Assembly (NCBI GenBank): GCA_003056085.1
Contig: LSNK01000001.1
Coordinates: 88,729-152,728, forward strand
Length of the DNA stretch: 64,000 nucleotides
Origin: Parcubacteria group bacterium M6-OD1-1
Lineage (GTDB): Bacteria > Patescibacteriota > Minisyncoccia > GWC2-36-17 > M10-OD1-4
Direction of reading: 5' to 3'
Each line of letters opens with the position of its first letter. Position 1 is the first letter of the stretch. The translations under genes and the position numbers were made by a program. The notes beneath the pieces were generated by a model that did not search any database, was not told the origin of the DNA, and saw only the letters and a program-made list of their open reading frames with translations. Shown here piece by piece: positions 62,559 to 64,000 of this stretch.

Positions 62559-63515
62559 TTAACTTTTCTCCACATATTTTTTATACTTCATTAGAGCTAT
62601 ACGCTTTTTTTTAGCACCTCTTATTTCAATTGGGGATAAACCTTTTTTTAATTGATTTTTGATTTTATCTATCTTCGATCTAGTCTTTTTACCAACTGAC
62701 ACCTTATTTCTATACATAATTAACCCCAAATGCTCAATTCCTTCCTCATGAGAGCATATAAATTTCTTTTCTTGATTTAAAGGTAAGTCATTACTTAATA
62801 ACAACTCTTCTATTTCCTCAGAGATAACTTTCATATCCTCTTTGGAAACCCTGCTTACTGTTATTCCTATATCATCAACGTAAATAGCAAGTCGCGAATC
62901 TTTTCCTTTTAAGCGTTTTTTTACTAATCTATCTATTCTTATAAAAACATCTAAATTACACCAAACAGCCAATCTTGATGAAGTGGCAAATCCACGAGCT
63001 ATAGTTTTTTTGGAAGATCCATTTCCTTTTGGACCAATTGGAACACAGCATACATCAGAAAGAATTTTAGAAGCTCTATAATCACAACCGCACTCACTCT
63101 TAAAAAAATGATAAACTTTTTCTTTTGTTACATTTTCAAAAAAAGTTTTTATATCTAACTTTAATATTGTCCTTTTTCTTTTTTCACCGAGTAAATGTTC
63201 CGCAGCTTTTTTATGATTTAATCCACCAATACCACCAAAAATAAAGTGGGGTAACATTTTGTCATGAGGAGCAAGAATACTTTTATTTATTTTATCTAAT
63301 AGTTTGCCTAGATTAGTACTTTTTGCATTGCGTACATATTTATTTTTATCAGGCTTTGAGTGTTTTTTATTATCTTTCCAATATTGGTCAAAATTACTTA
63401 TTACACCATTTATTAAATTTAAAGATTCTTCTTTGGAAAAATATTTATTACTCAAATGCTTTGCTAATTCATTTTTACTCCTAATAAAAAGTTTTGGATA
63501 TCTTCTATTTTGCAT
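62559..63515 (-). CDS. Reverse transcriptase, retron-like
   Basis: KAAEH (NAxxH-like region X), LKLDIKTFFENV, ARGFATSSRLA, IYVDDIGIT, HLGL; 318 aa with no maturase or endonuclease domain. Confidence 0.9.
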   Translation of the reverse strand: MQNRRYPKLFIRSKNELAKHLSNKYFSKEESLNLINGVISNFDQYWKDNKKHSKPDKNKYVRNAKSTNLGKLLDKINKSILAPHDKMLPHFIFGGIGGLNHKKAAEHLLGEKRKRTILKLDIKTFFENVTKEKVYHFFKSECGCDYRASKILSDVCCVPIGPKGNGSSKKTIARGFATSSRLAVWCNLDVFIRIDRLVKKRLKGKDSRLAIYVDDIGITVSRVSKEDMKVISEEIEELLLSNDLPLNQEKKFICSHEEGIEHLGLIMYRNKVSVGKKTRSKIDKIKNQLKKGLSPIEIRGAKKKRIALMKYKKYVEKS

Positions 63516-63828
63516 ATTTCTTTAAAAACTTTGCTTTATCTTGTATTAGATAATTTTGCATTTTTTCACCAAATTCTATAAATTTTCTTTCTATTGTAGA
63601 ACTTTTATCTATTTGTTTTTCATTACCAAAAAGAAATGGAGTGATAGACGAAGGATGAACATTTAAAATTTTAGATAACTTTAAAAGAAATTTCTTAGAC
63701 ACTTCTTTTTGACCAGTTTCTATCATAGCAATAAGAACAGTAGACACATCTAATGCCTTGGCAAATTCAGACTGGGTAAGTCCAGCTTCATCTCTTATTT
63801 TTCTTATTAGATTTGGAAAAGAATACAT
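63505..63828 (-). CDS. XRE-family HTH protein, overlapping the RT start
   Basis: IRKIRDEAGLTQSEFAKALDVS..LIAMIETG. Confidence 0.9.
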   Translation of the reverse strand: MYSFPNLIRKIRDEAGLTQSEFAKALDVSTVLIAMIETGQKEVSKKFLLKLSKILNVHPSSITPFLFGNEKQIDKSSTIERKFIEFGEKMQNYLIQDKAKFLKKYAK

Positions 63829-63837
63829 ATAAGAAGA

Positions 63838-63984
63838 CTATAGGGCGACTACCTCAAAAAATCTATGAGTATACGAATAATTTTTAAAATCATCCATAAA
63901 AATCTTAGAATTTTCATTTTCAGTAACCGCCCTATGATACGGGAGACACAATTCATATACAAAAACTAAAGTATTTTTATTCAT
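63838..63984 (-). CDS. Small 48-aa ORF upstream of HTH-RT (frame stays open to the window edge)
   Basis: Manual translation MNKNTLVFVYELCLPYHRAVTENENSKIFMDDFKNYSYTHRFFEVVAL*; stop lies 9 nt before the HTH ATG. Confidence 0.45.
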   Translation of the reverse strand: MNKNTLVFVYELCLPYHRAVTENENSKIFMDDFKNYSYTHRFFEVVAL

Positions 63985-64000
63985 AAAGTTATTTCTTTCC

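Overview
AT-rich bacterial chromosome window whose gene content and organisation point to a Patescibacteria/CPR (Parcubacteria-like) genome; this assignment is inference from a PheT lacking the B2 domain, rplK without rplA, tRNAs without encoded CCA, CPR-type WSENxGW-repeat proteins and VirB2-like pilins. The first ~39 kb is mostly minus-strand housekeeping genes (smc, rnc, nusB, rpmF, rnhB, dnaE, gatB/A/C, tmk, rplK-nusG-secE, gyrB, pheST, ligA, three tRNAs) followed by a complete type IV pilus locus, then clpC-comF. The tRNA-Ser/Lys/Ser cluster at 42.55-43.65 kb is invaded by six copies of a small structured element (CTCCC-stem-GCAG-hairpin). One copy sits in the anticodon of a tRNA-Ser(TGA) gene and carries an intact copy of the same tRNA at the apex of its hairpin, giving a nested tRNA. 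Next come a decaying accessory island (43.5-49.7 kb), an IS30 remnant fused to a truncated kinase, recG, a GT2 and a PHP gene. An AT-rich island after tRNA-Glu ends in a small-ORF + XRE-HTH + reverse transcriptase operon resembling a type VI retron, with a 13-bp stem enclosing overlapping micro-ORFs. A second family of ~120-bp intergenic fold-back repeats abuts several stop codons. All coordinates were read by eye and no database searches were run.
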